DNA of 64,000 nucleotides from an uncultured Pelagibacteraceae bacterium (GTDB lineage Bacteria; Pseudomonadota; Alphaproteobacteria; Pelagibacterales; AG-422-B15), in contig CACMWW010000004.1 of NCBI GenBank assembly GCA_902617525.1, positions 12,672 through 76,671 on the forward strand, written 5' to 3'. Below the pieces are notes generated by a model. That model made no database searches. It had not been told where the DNA came from and saw nothing but the letters and a program-made list of their open reading frames with translations. The position numbers were made by a program, and so were the translations under genes. Positions 9,671 through 19,644 of this stretch are shown here, piece after piece; the stretch's first letter is position 1; each line of letters begins with the position of its first letter.

Positions 9671-10493
9671 TCAATAATTCTTTCTTAGCCTCATCATATT
9701 CTTTATTTTGAGGACTTCTATAATGCCATAAAATATTGTTTTCCATAAAGGAAACTCCTTTTCCTTTAATGGTGTTTGCTATTATACATAAAGGCGAACT
9801 ATTTAACTCGTTTTTATTATTTAATGAGTCAAAAATTTCTTGGTAATCATGGCCATTTATATTTATTACATTCCATCCAAAAGATTTCCACTTTTTATCA
9901 AACGGCTCAAGTTTTAGAGTATCTTCAGTATTTTTAATGCTCTGTAATTTATTTCGATCAATAATAACTGTTAGGTTGTTAAGCCCATGATGATTTGCGA
10001 ACATAATACTTTCCCATACTGAACCTTCATTGCACTCACCATCACTTAAAATAACATACACTCTGTGACTCTGATTGTTTGTTTTAGCCGCTAAAGCCAT
10101 TCCACATCCAATTGATAGTCCATGACCAAGGGATCCTGTTGATATTTCTACACCTGGTATTCCAATATGAGAAACATGACCAGATAGTAATGACCCATCC
10201 TGATAATGGGAATTAAGCATTTTTTTATCAAAAAAATGATATTCGGCTAATATTGCATATATACCAGCCCCTGCATGACCTTTACTTAGTATTAGCCTAT
10301 CTCTTTCGTTCCAGTTCGGATCTGAGGGTTTAAATTTTAAAACATATTCATATAGAATTACTAAAATTTCAATCATTGAAAATACGGATGCTATGTGAGA
10401 ACTATTTCCCTTATTGACCATATCTAATACGTTAAGCCTTATTGATTTTGAAATATTTATTAATCTTTTAATATCTAGTTGTTTTTTATTCAT
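9660..10493 (-). CDS. Transketolase, N-terminal (thiamine-diphosphate-binding) subunit
   Basis: 277 aa. Motifs: LSKGHAGAGIYA, GSLGHGLSIGCGMA, and the ThDP/Mg motif LSDGECNEGSVWE. Confidence 0.8.
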   Translation of the reverse strand: MNKKQLDIKRLINISKSIRLNVLDMVNKGNSSHIASVFSMIEILVILYEYVLKFKPSDPNWNERDRLILSKGHAGAGIYAILAEYHFFDKKMLNSHYQDGSLLSGHVSHIGIPGVEISTGSLGHGLSIGCGMALAAKTNNQSHRVYVILSDGECNEGSVWESIMFANHHGLNNLTVIIDRNKLQSIKNTEDTLKLEPFDKKWKSFGWNVININGHDYQEIFDSLNNKNELNSSPLCIIANTIKGKGVSFMENNILWHYRSPQNKEYDEAKKELLNER

Positions 10494-10504
10494 AACTATT
10501 TATA

Positions 10505-11611
10505 TCAGTAGAATTCTATAATTTTTTTACAAACCTGCTCAATATCATCGTCTGTGAGATATGTATTTAAAGGTAATAATAAACTTCTAGCCATCATTTT
10601 TTCCGTAAACTTCAGTGAAAAATTCATGTTTAAACTTTTAAACTGATGAACGGCTTTCCCACCCCATTGCAATATGGTGCCTATATTATTTTTAGATAAG
10701 AAAGCTCTGAGTTCATCTCTTCTCTCGGCTTCAATCTCAAAATTTTGATATATGTCTCTTCTATCAGCATCTTCATCTGGATGTGGAGGTAATGACAATT
10801 GATCTACATTTATTAGTTTCTCATGATAAATCCTAGCAATTTGTCTCCTTCTTTCTATATTTTCTTCATGAAATTTAAAAAAATAATTTAAAATCGCAGC
10901 CTGTAAATTGTCTAATCGGGAATTGTAACCCCAAAGTTTAATGTTTCCATGTTCATCTCGGCCATGATCACGCATTAAGATAATTTTTTCATAAATCTCC
11001 TTATCGTTTGAAAGTACCATTCCTCCATCACCCAAACATCCTATGATTTTTGCTGGATAAAAACTTATACATCCAGCTTTACCAAAATTTCCTGCAAAAA
11101 TTCCATTATATTTAGCCCCTAGCGCCTGAGCAGAATCCTCATAAATATCTAGATTATATTTATCTGCTATATTTTGAATGTTATTCATATTAGCTATACG
11201 TCCATTTAATTGAGTAACAACAATTGCCTTCGTATTTTTATTTATTGAATTCTCTATACTTGCACAGTCAATAAGATGATCATTTCCTGCCTCAACTGGA
11301 ATCGGCTTCGCTCCTGAAAAATTAATTGCTGACGCTGTAGCAATCATAGTATGTGAACAAAAAATTACTTCATCATTATAATCAAGGTTACCAGCTTTAA
11401 ACATAAGCTGCATTGCATCCGTTGCATTTGCAACTCCAACAGCATATTTGCATCCTGTATAATCAGCAATTTTATTCTCAAACGTTTTAAGATCATCTTG
11501 CATTATATATGCACCACGGTTTCCGACATCATCAATGATATCGATTAATTCCTTCTGATGCATTTTATATATTGCCTCATAGTCAAAAAATTTGATAATT
11601 TTGTTTTTCAT
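10505..11611 (-). CDS. PLP-dependent sugar aminotransferase (DegT/DnrJ/EryC1/StrS family, PglE-like)
   Basis: 368 aa. Motifs: ANATDAM, DSAQALGA, and SFYPAK (PLP lysine). Confidence 0.85.
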   Translation of the reverse strand: MKNKIIKFFDYEAIYKMHQKELIDIIDDVGNRGAYIMQDDLKTFENKIADYTGCKYAVGVANATDAMQLMFKAGNLDYNDEVIFCSHTMIATASAINFSGAKPIPVEAGNDHLIDCASIENSINKNTKAIVVTQLNGRIANMNNIQNIADKYNLDIYEDSAQALGAKYNGIFAGNFGKAGCISFYPAKIIGCLGDGGMVLSNDKEIYEKIILMRDHGRDEHGNIKLWGYNSRLDNLQAAILNYFFKFHEENIERRRQIARIYHEKLINVDQLSLPPHPDEDADRRDIYQNFEIEAERRDELRAFLSKNNIGTILQWGGKAVHQFKSLNMNFSLKFTEKMMARSLLLPLNTYLTDDDIEQVCKKIIEFY

Positions 11612-11623
11612 TTTTTTTTAAGT

Positions 11624-12388
11624 TTATCTTTTTTTAATAACAATTGTAAATTTAAAAGCTAAATACTTTGATTTAAATATTATGTCACTATATTTAATAA
11701 AATGTGCAATTTTATTTTGGCCCATAAATAATTTTAAGCATGGTACTAACCATATTAAGCTACCAAAGAAATCGAAATTTAATAATTTATTATTCTTTTG
11801 AAAATATTTTAGTTTTTTTATGCTTGGCATATTTCTTATGGTATTCATTGTCCTATTTCCTAAAAAATAACTAAAATATCTATTTAAAACATAAAGTGGA
11901 TTATTGTTTAAGCTGTCAACAGCAATCAGGTAGCCATCTTTCTTTAAAACTCTAAAAATTTCTTTTTTTACTAATCTATAATCTCCATAACTTAAACTGC
12001 CAGCAATACATACTGCGTCAAAACTACAATCCTTAAAAGGCAGAGTTTCGATATCTGCCTTATGAACAGTAAAATTACGATAATTGCTATATAATTTTTT
12101 TATTAAACGAAGACAATTTTCTGATATGTCAGTTATTGTTGCTTCATTAACAGACTTTAAAATTATTTCTGTATGAAGACCAAAACCCGCTCCTAATTCT
12201 AAAACTTTATGATCTCGTTTCACATAATGTGAAATCAAATCATAATACCTTTCATAAGGAAATCTATGATACTTTTCTAGTTTTTCGTAATTAAGTATTT
12301 CATTATTTTTATTATTATACAGTATTTCTTGTGCTCTATTATCATAATTATTAAGATCCCTGAGTTTGTCATTACTTCTTTTAATCAT
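11624..12388 (-). CDS. Class I SAM-dependent methyltransferase
   Basis: 254 aa. Motif I VLELGAGFGLHT and an acidic loop ITDIS. FDAVCIAGSLSY follows. Confidence 0.7.
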   Translation of the reverse strand: MIKRSNDKLRDLNNYDNRAQEILYNNKNNEILNYEKLEKYHRFPYERYYDLISHYVKRDHKVLELGAGFGLHTEIILKSVNEATITDISENCLRLIKKLYSNYRNFTVHKADIETLPFKDCSFDAVCIAGSLSYGDYRLVKKEIFRVLKKDGYLIAVDSLNNNPLYVLNRYFSYFLGNRTMNTIRNMPSIKKLKYFQKNNKLLNFDFFGSLIWLVPCLKLFMGQNKIAHFIKYSDIIFKSKYLAFKFTIVIKKR

Positions 12389-13625
12389 TTTTGTAATTAG
12401 CTATTTTACGTAGGTGTTCAATAAACTCGTTATAAACAGTATTAAATTCAAATTTTTTATCATACAATTTTTTTACATTTGATTTTAATAAATTTCTTAA
12501 GTGTTTTTTATCGATAATATTCTGTATTATTCTGTTTAAAATTTGGGGATTTTGATCATCGTAGTAAAAACCTACCTTTTCTTTTTCAATTAGTTCTTTT
12601 ACGTCACCTCTAAGTGAACATATTACCGGTAAGCCCATTGAAAAAGAATCAATTATTTTATTTGGTATATTATTTATATAATTATCTATGTTTTTTAAGG
12701 GTACGATTGTGGCAATACAATTTTGAGAAATAATGTGAATATCTTTTTTTTCAATCCAACCAGTAAAAAATACATTTGATAATTCTTTAGCCTTTTCTTT
12801 CCATCTATTATGCATTTCACCATCACCACAAATAATTAAATTACATTTTATATTTTTTGATTGAAAAATTCTGAAAACTTCAAATATTGGATCAAAATTT
12901 AATGAAGGATAGTGAGTCCCAGCAAAAAGGATATTATTATCACTAAATTTTAAATTAAATTTATTTACAAATTTTCCATTGTTTTCATTTATTTCAACTT
13001 GGGTAGTTAATGGTAAAACTTTATCTAAAGAATTTTTTTTACGCCAACTGTACCTATAAATCCAATCTAAGTATCCCTGGGACATAGTTGAAACAGAGGT
13101 AGCATTTCTCATTAAATTTTTTGCTATCAGAATATAAGGAAATATAGCTATTTTTAAAATGGGCTTTAACAATTTTGGAAAGGGTTCAAGAAAAAATTCT
13201 GGCCATTGATCTTTCACATCAAGTACATAAGGAATTTTATATCTTTTTAGATAATTAGACATAAAATGATTAATTTCAATTGGTGGATAGCCAAGAAATG
13301 CAACATCCGGTTTATCTTTACAAGTTTTAAGAACTTTATTTAATTTTATACCAAGTATAAAGTGATCATATATTCTTTTAAAACTTACGTTAGATTGATA
13401 TCCGGGACTATGAATCAGAATTAGTTCAAGATTTTCATTTATCTTTATCACTTTATCTTGAGAAAAACGATGAGATTTATTTCTGTGATTAAACGTTGAA
13501 GACCATAATATTACATTATGACCCTTCTCAACCAATTTATTCGCAAGATTCATACCTCTCATTGTTCTAGAGTTATCTTGATCTATGTGAAGTGGTTCTC
13601 CTGTTTGTAAAATCCAAATTTTCAT
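12381..13625 (-). CDS. Glycosyltransferase, GT-B fold (GT4-like)
   Basis: 414 aa. C-terminal region ...IIDSFSMGLPVICSLRGDVKELIEKEKVGF resembles the GT4 donor-binding segment. Confidence 0.7.
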   Translation of the reverse strand: MKIWILQTGEPLHIDQDNSRTMRGMNLANKLVEKGHNVILWSSTFNHRNKSHRFSQDKVIKINENLELILIHSPGYQSNVSFKRIYDHFILGIKLNKVLKTCKDKPDVAFLGYPPIEINHFMSNYLKRYKIPYVLDVKDQWPEFFLEPFPKLLKPILKIAIFPYILIAKNLMRNATSVSTMSQGYLDWIYRYSWRKKNSLDKVLPLTTQVEINENNGKFVNKFNLKFSDNNILFAGTHYPSLNFDPIFEVFRIFQSKNIKCNLIICGDGEMHNRWKEKAKELSNVFFTGWIEKKDIHIISQNCIATIVPLKNIDNYINNIPNKIIDSFSMGLPVICSLRGDVKELIEKEKVGFYYDDQNPQILNRIIQNIIDKKHLRNLLKSNVKKLYDKKFEFNTVYNEFIEHLRKIANYKND

Positions 13626-13629
13626 TATT

Positions 13630-14688
13630 TTAAATTGATATTATTTTACATCCCGACTCTAATATTTCATATTTTTTTACAGTATTATGTTTTTTGATTT
13701 TTTGAGATTTAAAAATTTTACCAACAAGCATAGATGATTTTTTAAGAGATATATTATTATGACAGCCACAATAAGCATTTCCAGCTTCAACTCTAAATTT
13801 TTTATAACAATTACAATATTTCTTTATGATATAATTATTGCCGTAAGGTGATGTTCTATGAAAGTCTGCATTAGCCCAAATTGTAATTGTAGTAACACCA
13901 TAATAGGCTGCCAAATGTCCAAAGCTACTGTCATTTCCTATAAAAAAATTTAGTTTTTTTACTTTTGGGATAATTTTTTTTAAAGGCAAGTCTAGTAGTA
14001 AAGAGTGTTTAAAACTTAATTCTGATGAGAATTTCTTTGTAGCATCAAACTCAGCTTTTCCACCAAATATTATGACTTTTAAGTCGTATTTTTTATTAAG
14101 GTCCTCAATTAAATATTTAAAGTTTTCAGGTTTCCATATTCTATCTGAATTACCCGCACCAATATGAATTCCAACTATAATTTTACTACCTTTTTTTAAA
14201 TTAATTTTTTTTATGGTTTCATCATTTTTTTTTAAATTAAATAATATTCTATTAGACAAATGATCGTGATAATTTTTATTATATTTAGTTGAAATATTTT
14301 TATTTAAAAATTGAAGTAAGTTTATTTTATTATTTTTTACTCTGTAAATTTTTTTTATATTACTTCTTGATAAAAAAGTAAGAATGTTTTCTCTTTTTGC
14401 TGAAGGGAATGCAGCAAATAAAACATCATACTTAATAGTATATATTTTTAAAAATATTTTAATCAGATTAAATAAACTATTTTTTTTCTCATTCCATTCT
14501 ATAATAGATATATGATATTTTTTTAATTCATATTCCATAATTTTGCTGCTTCCATTATTTGATACAATAAGAGAAATGTTATCCGTTTTACTGTACTTGT
14601 TTTCTCTGAGGTATGATTTTATTACAGGTAAAAGTATTATTGTATTTCCGAGACCTTGAAGTGAAATTATTATAACTGATTTTTTCAC
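13630..14688 (-). CDS. Glycosyltransferase family 9 (heptosyltransferase-like)
   Basis: 352 aa. Motifs: SLQGLGNTIILLPV, GIHIGAGNSDRIW, FIGNDSSFGHLAAYYG. Confidence 0.75.
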   Translation of the reverse strand: MKKSVIIISLQGLGNTIILLPVIKSYLRENKYSKTDNISLIVSNNGSSKIMEYELKKYHISIIEWNEKKNSLFNLIKIFLKIYTIKYDVLFAAFPSAKRENILTFLSRSNIKKIYRVKNNKINLLQFLNKNISTKYNKNYHDHLSNRILFNLKKNDETIKKINLKKGSKIIVGIHIGAGNSDRIWKPENFKYLIEDLNKKYDLKVIIFGGKAEFDATKKFSSELSFKHSLLLDLPLKKIIPKVKKLNFFIGNDSSFGHLAAYYGVTTITIWANADFHRTSPYGNNYIIKKYCNCYKKFRVEAGNAYCGCHNNISLKKSSMLVGKIFKSQKIKKHNTVKKYEILESGCKIISI

Positions 14689-16049
14689 TAAATTTCTCTT
14701 CTAAAAAAATTTAATAAACTAGTTATTGTTGGTGGAAGCTTAATAATTAAATTGTTAAAGATCCCAAAAAAAATAAATATTATTGAGATCTGTAATAATA
14801 ATATAATTATATTTGGCAATAAGCTATGGTATTGACCGTCCATAAATATATTTATCACATCAATTAAAATAAAATAAATTATAGGATATTTTAATGATAT
14901 TCTTTCACTTGCTCTGCTAAATTGTACAGAGAATTGAGATAATACAAAACTGACGATTAAGGGTGATAAGATTAAACCTATAGGACCAAAAATAAATAAT
15001 AATCCACCCAACCAACCTGGTGCAGCAGCTTGAACTCCAAATCCAAATATTTTAGCAATTTCATAACCTGGTGCCATTGGTTTATCTGGCCAAATGAATG
15101 AGGGAACTGCCAACCCAAAGAAAGATTTAATATAGTCTAAAATAAAATAAGCGTATATTTCTGGATCAGCAATCATTACAGCTGTTTGACCAATTGACGT
15201 GTCTCTTCGAGCCATTCCTGGCATCCAACTAAAAAGATTATATTCTGTTCCATAGGACCAACCTTGCAATTCTGTCCGGATAAGTTCTCCAAGCGCAAAG
15301 CTTGGGATAGCAAGAATGATTATGATAAATACATAAGACAATTTAAATTTTATTCTTTTTCTAATCAGTAAATACGCAAATATATAAAATAATGGAATAA
15401 TAAAACCAGTTTTACTGCCAGCTGATATTATCTCTAAAATATAAAATGAAAAAACTAATAACGCAGCAGTATACTTTTTGAACTCTATTAAAATAAATAG
15501 CATAAAATATGGTATCATCATAAAAATTCCTGAGAGAGTTTCAGATCTTCCATAAGAAGACTCGCGAATTTCTTCTACAGAATTTGCTCTTACAGGCGCA
15601 GTAAAATCATCCATATCACTTAAAATGAATCTTATATAAAATCCTATAAACCAACAGATAGCGGATATGATTATAGCATTCAGTACAATTCTTCGTTTGA
15701 GAAAGTAAGAACTAATAATTTCCCACCTCTCATTAATTTTTGATTGGCCAATTCTAATTGATGAGTAGTCGTAAAAAAATTTATACAAAATAACTACTAA
15801 TACTAATTGAAGAAAATAAATACTATAAGCTGCAAAAAAATCTGAGTGTGAGATAAAATTTAAAGCAGAAAAATGAATTTCTTGATGATTGTAAATATTG
15901 TGAGTCATTAAATTTATAATTCCTGGAAATATTGTTAATAAGAAAAAGATCATTGGCATATGATTTTTAAAACTTATTTTTCCTGAAGAAATAAAAATAA
16001 ATAAAGCTATAACAAATAAATAGTATACAAACGGGATCTGAAATAACAT
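14688..16049 (-). CDS. Polytopic membrane protein, O-antigen polymerase (Wzy)-like
   Basis: 453 aa with at least 10 predicted TM segments and no soluble domain. The Wzy assignment rests on context within a Wzx/Wzz-containing cluster only. Confidence 0.4.
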   Translation of the reverse strand: MLFQIPFVYYLFVIALFIFISSGKISFKNHMPMIFFLLTIFPGIINLMTHNIYNHQEIHFSALNFISHSDFFAAYSIYFLQLVLVVILYKFFYDYSSIRIGQSKINERWEIISSYFLKRRIVLNAIIISAICWFIGFYIRFILSDMDDFTAPVRANSVEEIRESSYGRSETLSGIFMMIPYFMLFILIEFKKYTAALLVFSFYILEIISAGSKTGFIIPLFYIFAYLLIRKRIKFKLSYVFIIIILAIPSFALGELIRTELQGWSYGTEYNLFSWMPGMARRDTSIGQTAVMIADPEIYAYFILDYIKSFFGLAVPSFIWPDKPMAPGYEIAKIFGFGVQAAAPGWLGGLLFIFGPIGLILSPLIVSFVLSQFSVQFSRASERISLKYPIIYFILIDVINIFMDGQYHSLLPNIIILLLQISIIFIFFGIFNNLIIKLPPTITSLLNFFRREI

Positions 16050-16080
16050 ATTATTAATATAAAATTCTTATTAGTTTTAT

Positions 16081-17247
16081 TTATAAATGATCTACTATTA
16101 AATCATATATACAATTTGAAATCATTTCATTTCCACCTGGTGTTAGATGAACAATATCTACCCACTTTTGGTTTTTATTTGGAAAACATGACCTAATAAT
16201 TTCTAGATTTTTAAAATTATTTGAACTTTTATATTCATTAATTAATTCTCTATATGACTTGATACTATTATAAATGAATGGATATTCTTTTTTTATAGTT
16301 TCTTTAAGATTTAAGTCATCTTCATGTAAATTTATATCATCGAAAATTGTAGGCTGCAGAATAAATAAATAATTGAAGCCATATGCATTAGACAATCGAT
16401 CAATATACTTAAAAGATTGGACAGTTTCAGACATTAGGTTATTTAATCTCATGTTTATTTGATCTTTTGATGGTACCCCTGAGTGCCTTAAATTATTTTT
16501 TTTAAAAAAGCTTATTGAATTTTCAAATTCAAATTGACCCATATGCTCCTGATTTTTTATAACTTTGTGCATAACATCATTAAACCCGAAGTAAAATATA
16601 AACATATCGGGTAATTCTCCACTTCTGATTAAATTTGAAAAAACAATCAAATCATTTGAAATATTATAACCAGACTGACCAAAGTTTTTTATAAGAAAGT
16701 TCCTATTATCATCAAGAGCTCTACATTTTAAGTGAAAAGGAATTAAATCCTCATCTCTTAAAATACCATCTCCATATATTGTGCTTCCTCCATGAATATA
16801 AATATTAATATTTTCTAAAAGATTAGAATCATTTTTGTCATAATTTGTGCACATTTTATATGAAGGTGTATATCGAGTTCCATTGATGGTTGTATTTATA
16901 AATTTTGAATTAAAGTTGGGTTCGATATTCCATAATGTAAATGGTGAATACACTAATGAGGGCATTGATTGATTTTCACTCCAACCAATTACCCATTCGA
17001 GATTTTTGTATCCCTCTAAGTCTAATATGTTTTCATGAGAAAGATTCGCAAAATCAATATCTAATTCACGAAATTTCTCTCTATTTATATTTTTAATAAT
17101 AAGTTGAGTAACAGTTTCAAAAGAAAATTTTCCTTTTCCATAAACATATAGTACAAAACTTGAAAATAACTCAATAATTCCAAATAAAAATATAAGAATT
17201 ATAATCGAAAGTAATAAATAACTTATATAGTTCTTTATTTGACTCAT
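16081..17247 (-). CDS. Membrane-anchored SGNH/GDSL-type hydrolase or acyl-esterase
   Basis: 388 aa. N-terminal TM helix. SGNH-like blocks: IHGGSTIYGDG (I), FGQSGYN (II), YFGFNDV (III), VDIVHLTPGGN (V). Confidence 0.5.
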   Translation of the reverse strand: MSQIKNYISYLLLSIIILIFLFGIIELFSSFVLYVYGKGKFSFETVTQLIIKNINREKFRELDIDFANLSHENILDLEGYKNLEWVIGWSENQSMPSLVYSPFTLWNIEPNFNSKFINTTINGTRYTPSYKMCTNYDKNDSNLLENINIYIHGGSTIYGDGILRDEDLIPFHLKCRALDDNRNFLIKNFGQSGYNISNDLIVFSNLIRSGELPDMFIFYFGFNDVMHKVIKNQEHMGQFEFENSISFFKKNNLRHSGVPSKDQINMRLNNLMSETVQSFKYIDRLSNAYGFNYLFILQPTIFDDINLHEDDLNLKETIKKEYPFIYNSIKSYRELINEYKSSNNFKNLEIIRSCFPNKNQKWVDIVHLTPGGNEMISNCIYDLIVDHL

Positions 17248-17249
17248 TT

Positions 17250-19085
17250 TTAATCAAGCTTATATTTATATTTATATTTTTTATCAAATTTTTTTGTTTG
17301 AGAGCTTTTTTCTAAAATAAAGTTTTCGCATATTAGGACATCTATCTCTGTTCCCATGAAACAATTAAATGCTTCAATAGGCTCATTTACTATTGGCTCA
17401 CCTCGCACATTGAATGAAGTATTTATAATCATTGGGCACCCAGTTCTATTAAAAAAACTTTTTAGAAGTTTGTAGTACCTTTTGTTATATTGACCATCAA
17501 CTGTTTGTATACGTGCCGAGTAATCCACATGAGTAACGGCGGGTACTTCAGATCTTTTTATATTAAGTTTATCTATACCAAACAAATTAATTTCGTCTTG
17601 GCTCATTTTGATTTTTTTATCTTTTTTAATCTCATCCACTAGTAACATGTAGGGACTGTCTACGACATAATCAAACCAGTTATGAACCTCATCCTTCAAA
17701 ATTGATGGAGCAAACGGTCTAAATGTTTCTCTGTATTTTATGCTCAAATTCAACTTTTTTTGCATTGTGATATCCCGCGGATCAGCAATTATTGATCTTG
17801 CTCCCAATGCCCTCGGTCCAAATTCCATTTTACCTTGGAACCAGCCAATTATTTTCTTATCCAATAGACAATTTACAGCATAGTTTATTAATTCTTCTTC
17901 TGATAGCTCAAAATACTTTGCTTCTTCTCTTTCAAACTCATTTTTAATGTATGACATTGAATATTTTGGCCCCAGATATGACCCTTTCATTTGGTCACTA
18001 AGTTCTATTGAGCGATTTTTTTTTAATTCAAGATGCCAAAAAGCGAGGGCAGCGCCTAAGGATCCTCCTGCATCTCCTGCAGCGGGTTGAATCCAAAGAT
18101 CTTTAAAACTACCAGACTGCAATATTTTACCGTTTGCAACACAATTCAGCGCAACACCTCCCGCCATGCATAAATAATTACAGTCATATTCTTTTTGGAT
18201 ATTATTCGTCATTTTTAAAATTATTTCTTCAACCACAAATTGGATTGAAGCGGCAATATCCATATGGAATTGATTAATCGGTTCTTTTTCTGGATTTCGT
18301 GCCTTTGATTTGAAAAGATTTTCAAATTTGTAATTTATCATTTTAAGCTCTGTCATATATCCAAAATAATCTAAATTGAGTTTGAATGATCCATCATTTT
18401 TTACATCAATAAGTTTTTCAAATATTATTTTTTTGTATTTAGGAATTCCGTAAGGTGCTAGACCCATCACTTTATACTCTCCGCTATTGACTTTGAATCC
18501 AAGATAATAAGTAAAAGCTGAATACAGCAAACCGATCGAATGAGGGAAGTTAATTTCTTTTATAATATCTAATCTATTAGAATCGCCAAGTGAAATTGTT
18601 GTAGTGGCCCACTCACCAACCCCATCCAAAGTAAGAATAATAGCTTTCTTAAATGGTGACGGAAAAAATGCGCTTGCTGCATGACTCAAGTGATGCTCTG
18701 AGAAATAAATCTTGTTATTATTAAATTCGCTATCTAATTCTTTTAATTTATTAGTAATAGTATTTTTAAGAAATAACTTATCTTTTATCCAAATAGGCAT
18801 TGACTTAGAAAATGATTTATATCCATAAGGCGCTGTTTGAATGTATGTTTCAAGTATTCTCTCAAATTTTAAGAATGGTTTTTCATAAAATACAATATAA
18901 TCGATTTCGCTCAGTTTAATATTTTCAGACTCTAAAAGAAACTTTATGGAATTAATTGGAAATGAAGAGTCATGCTTAATTCTGCTAAATCTTTCTTCAT
19001 GCGCTGCACCTACTATCTCTCCATTACATAACAAAGCTGCAGCGCTGTCATGGTAAAAACATGAAATACCAATAATATATGTCAT
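17250..19085 (-). CDS. Carbamoyltransferase (NodU/CmcH family)
   Basis: 611 aa. Motifs: IGISCFYHDSAAAL, EERFSRIKHD, EHHLSHAASAFFPSPF, and the C-terminal carbamoyl-adenylate domain (NTSFNVRGEPIV). Confidence 0.9.
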   Translation of the reverse strand: MTYIIGISCFYHDSAAALLCNGEIVGAAHEERFSRIKHDSSFPINSIKFLLESENIKLSEIDYIVFYEKPFLKFERILETYIQTAPYGYKSFSKSMPIWIKDKLFLKNTITNKLKELDSEFNNNKIYFSEHHLSHAASAFFPSPFKKAIILTLDGVGEWATTTISLGDSNRLDIIKEINFPHSIGLLYSAFTYYLGFKVNSGEYKVMGLAPYGIPKYKKIIFEKLIDVKNDGSFKLNLDYFGYMTELKMINYKFENLFKSKARNPEKEPINQFHMDIAASIQFVVEEIILKMTNNIQKEYDCNYLCMAGGVALNCVANGKILQSGSFKDLWIQPAAGDAGGSLGAALAFWHLELKKNRSIELSDQMKGSYLGPKYSMSYIKNEFEREEAKYFELSEEELINYAVNCLLDKKIIGWFQGKMEFGPRALGARSIIADPRDITMQKKLNLSIKYRETFRPFAPSILKDEVHNWFDYVVDSPYMLLVDEIKKDKKIKMSQDEINLFGIDKLNIKRSEVPAVTHVDYSARIQTVDGQYNKRYYKLLKSFFNRTGCPMIINTSFNVRGEPIVNEPIEAFNCFMGTEIDVLICENFILEKSSQTKKFDKKYKYKYKLD

Positions 19086-19234
19086 TAAAATAGTGTATAG
19101 ATGAAAGGTGCTACAGCAGTACCTTGAGTTAAAACAAGTAAACCACCAAATATAATTAAAATAAAAACAGTAGGAAATAACCAGTATTTTTTTCTTAGAA
19201 AAATGAACTTAAAAAAATCTAAAATTATATTCAT
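19085..19234 (-). CDS. Small membrane protein, DUF5989-like (not in supplied ORF track)
   Basis: Hand translation of the minus strand gives a 49-aa ORF: MNIILDFFKFIFLRKKYWLFPTVFILIIFGGLLVLTQGTAVAPFIYTLF. The ATG (19232-19234) shares a base with the upstream SxtJ-like stop. Its TAA (19085-19087) shares a base with the carbamoyltransferase ATG. The C-terminal LTQG.AVAPFIYTLF matches my recollection of the DUF5989 family that accompanies carbamoyltransferases. Confidence 0.7.
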   Translation of the reverse strand: MNIILDFFKFIFLRKKYWLFPTVFILIIFGGLLVLTQGTAVAPFIYTLF

Positions 19235-19644
19235 TAAAACTGATCTTTCATCGAATGCTTAAGTTGGTCATCTTTTTTTATCCAATAACTTTTTTTGTTA
19301 TCCCTTTTAAGCTTTAGAAGATCTATTCTAAAAAGCTTAAGCGCTAAGCCAGTTGGAAAAACGACAATTAAATAAATGGTAAACATTATAATTGGCGATA
19401 TTATTATGCCTAGCAACATGCCAATTAATGACCAGGCGTAATTAAGGGGATAGAGAAGTTTTTCATTTGAAATAGTAATGATTATTAAGAGAATAGTTAT
19501 AAATAAAAATAAATTCCCTAAAATAAATGAATTAGTATAAAAATATATTGATATAATAAAAAAAACAAAAGCAAATGTATATCCAAAATTCTTATTGGTG
19601 CTGATTATAAGATTATTTTTAAACATAAGAAAAATTAGCTCCAA
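19234..19644 (-). CDS. SxtJ-like small membrane protein
   Basis: 136 aa with 3 to 4 TM segments. The position (SxtJ-like, DUF5989, carbamoyltransferase) matches a recurrent triad. Confidence 0.55.
   Translation of the reverse strand: MELIFLMFKNNLIISTNKNFGYTFAFVFFIISIYFYTNSFILGNLFLFITILLIIITISNEKLLYPLNYAWSLIGMLLGIIISPIIMFTIYLIVVFPTGLALKLFRIDLLKLKRDNKKSYWIKKDDQLKHSMKDQF

Noticed and set aside
17250-17290. The tandem repeat-looking sequence tatttatatttatatttt at the 3' end of the carbamoyltransferase gene.
   Set aside because: It simply encodes a KYKYKYKLD C-terminal tail. It is too short and in-frame to count as a repeat element or regulatory structure.
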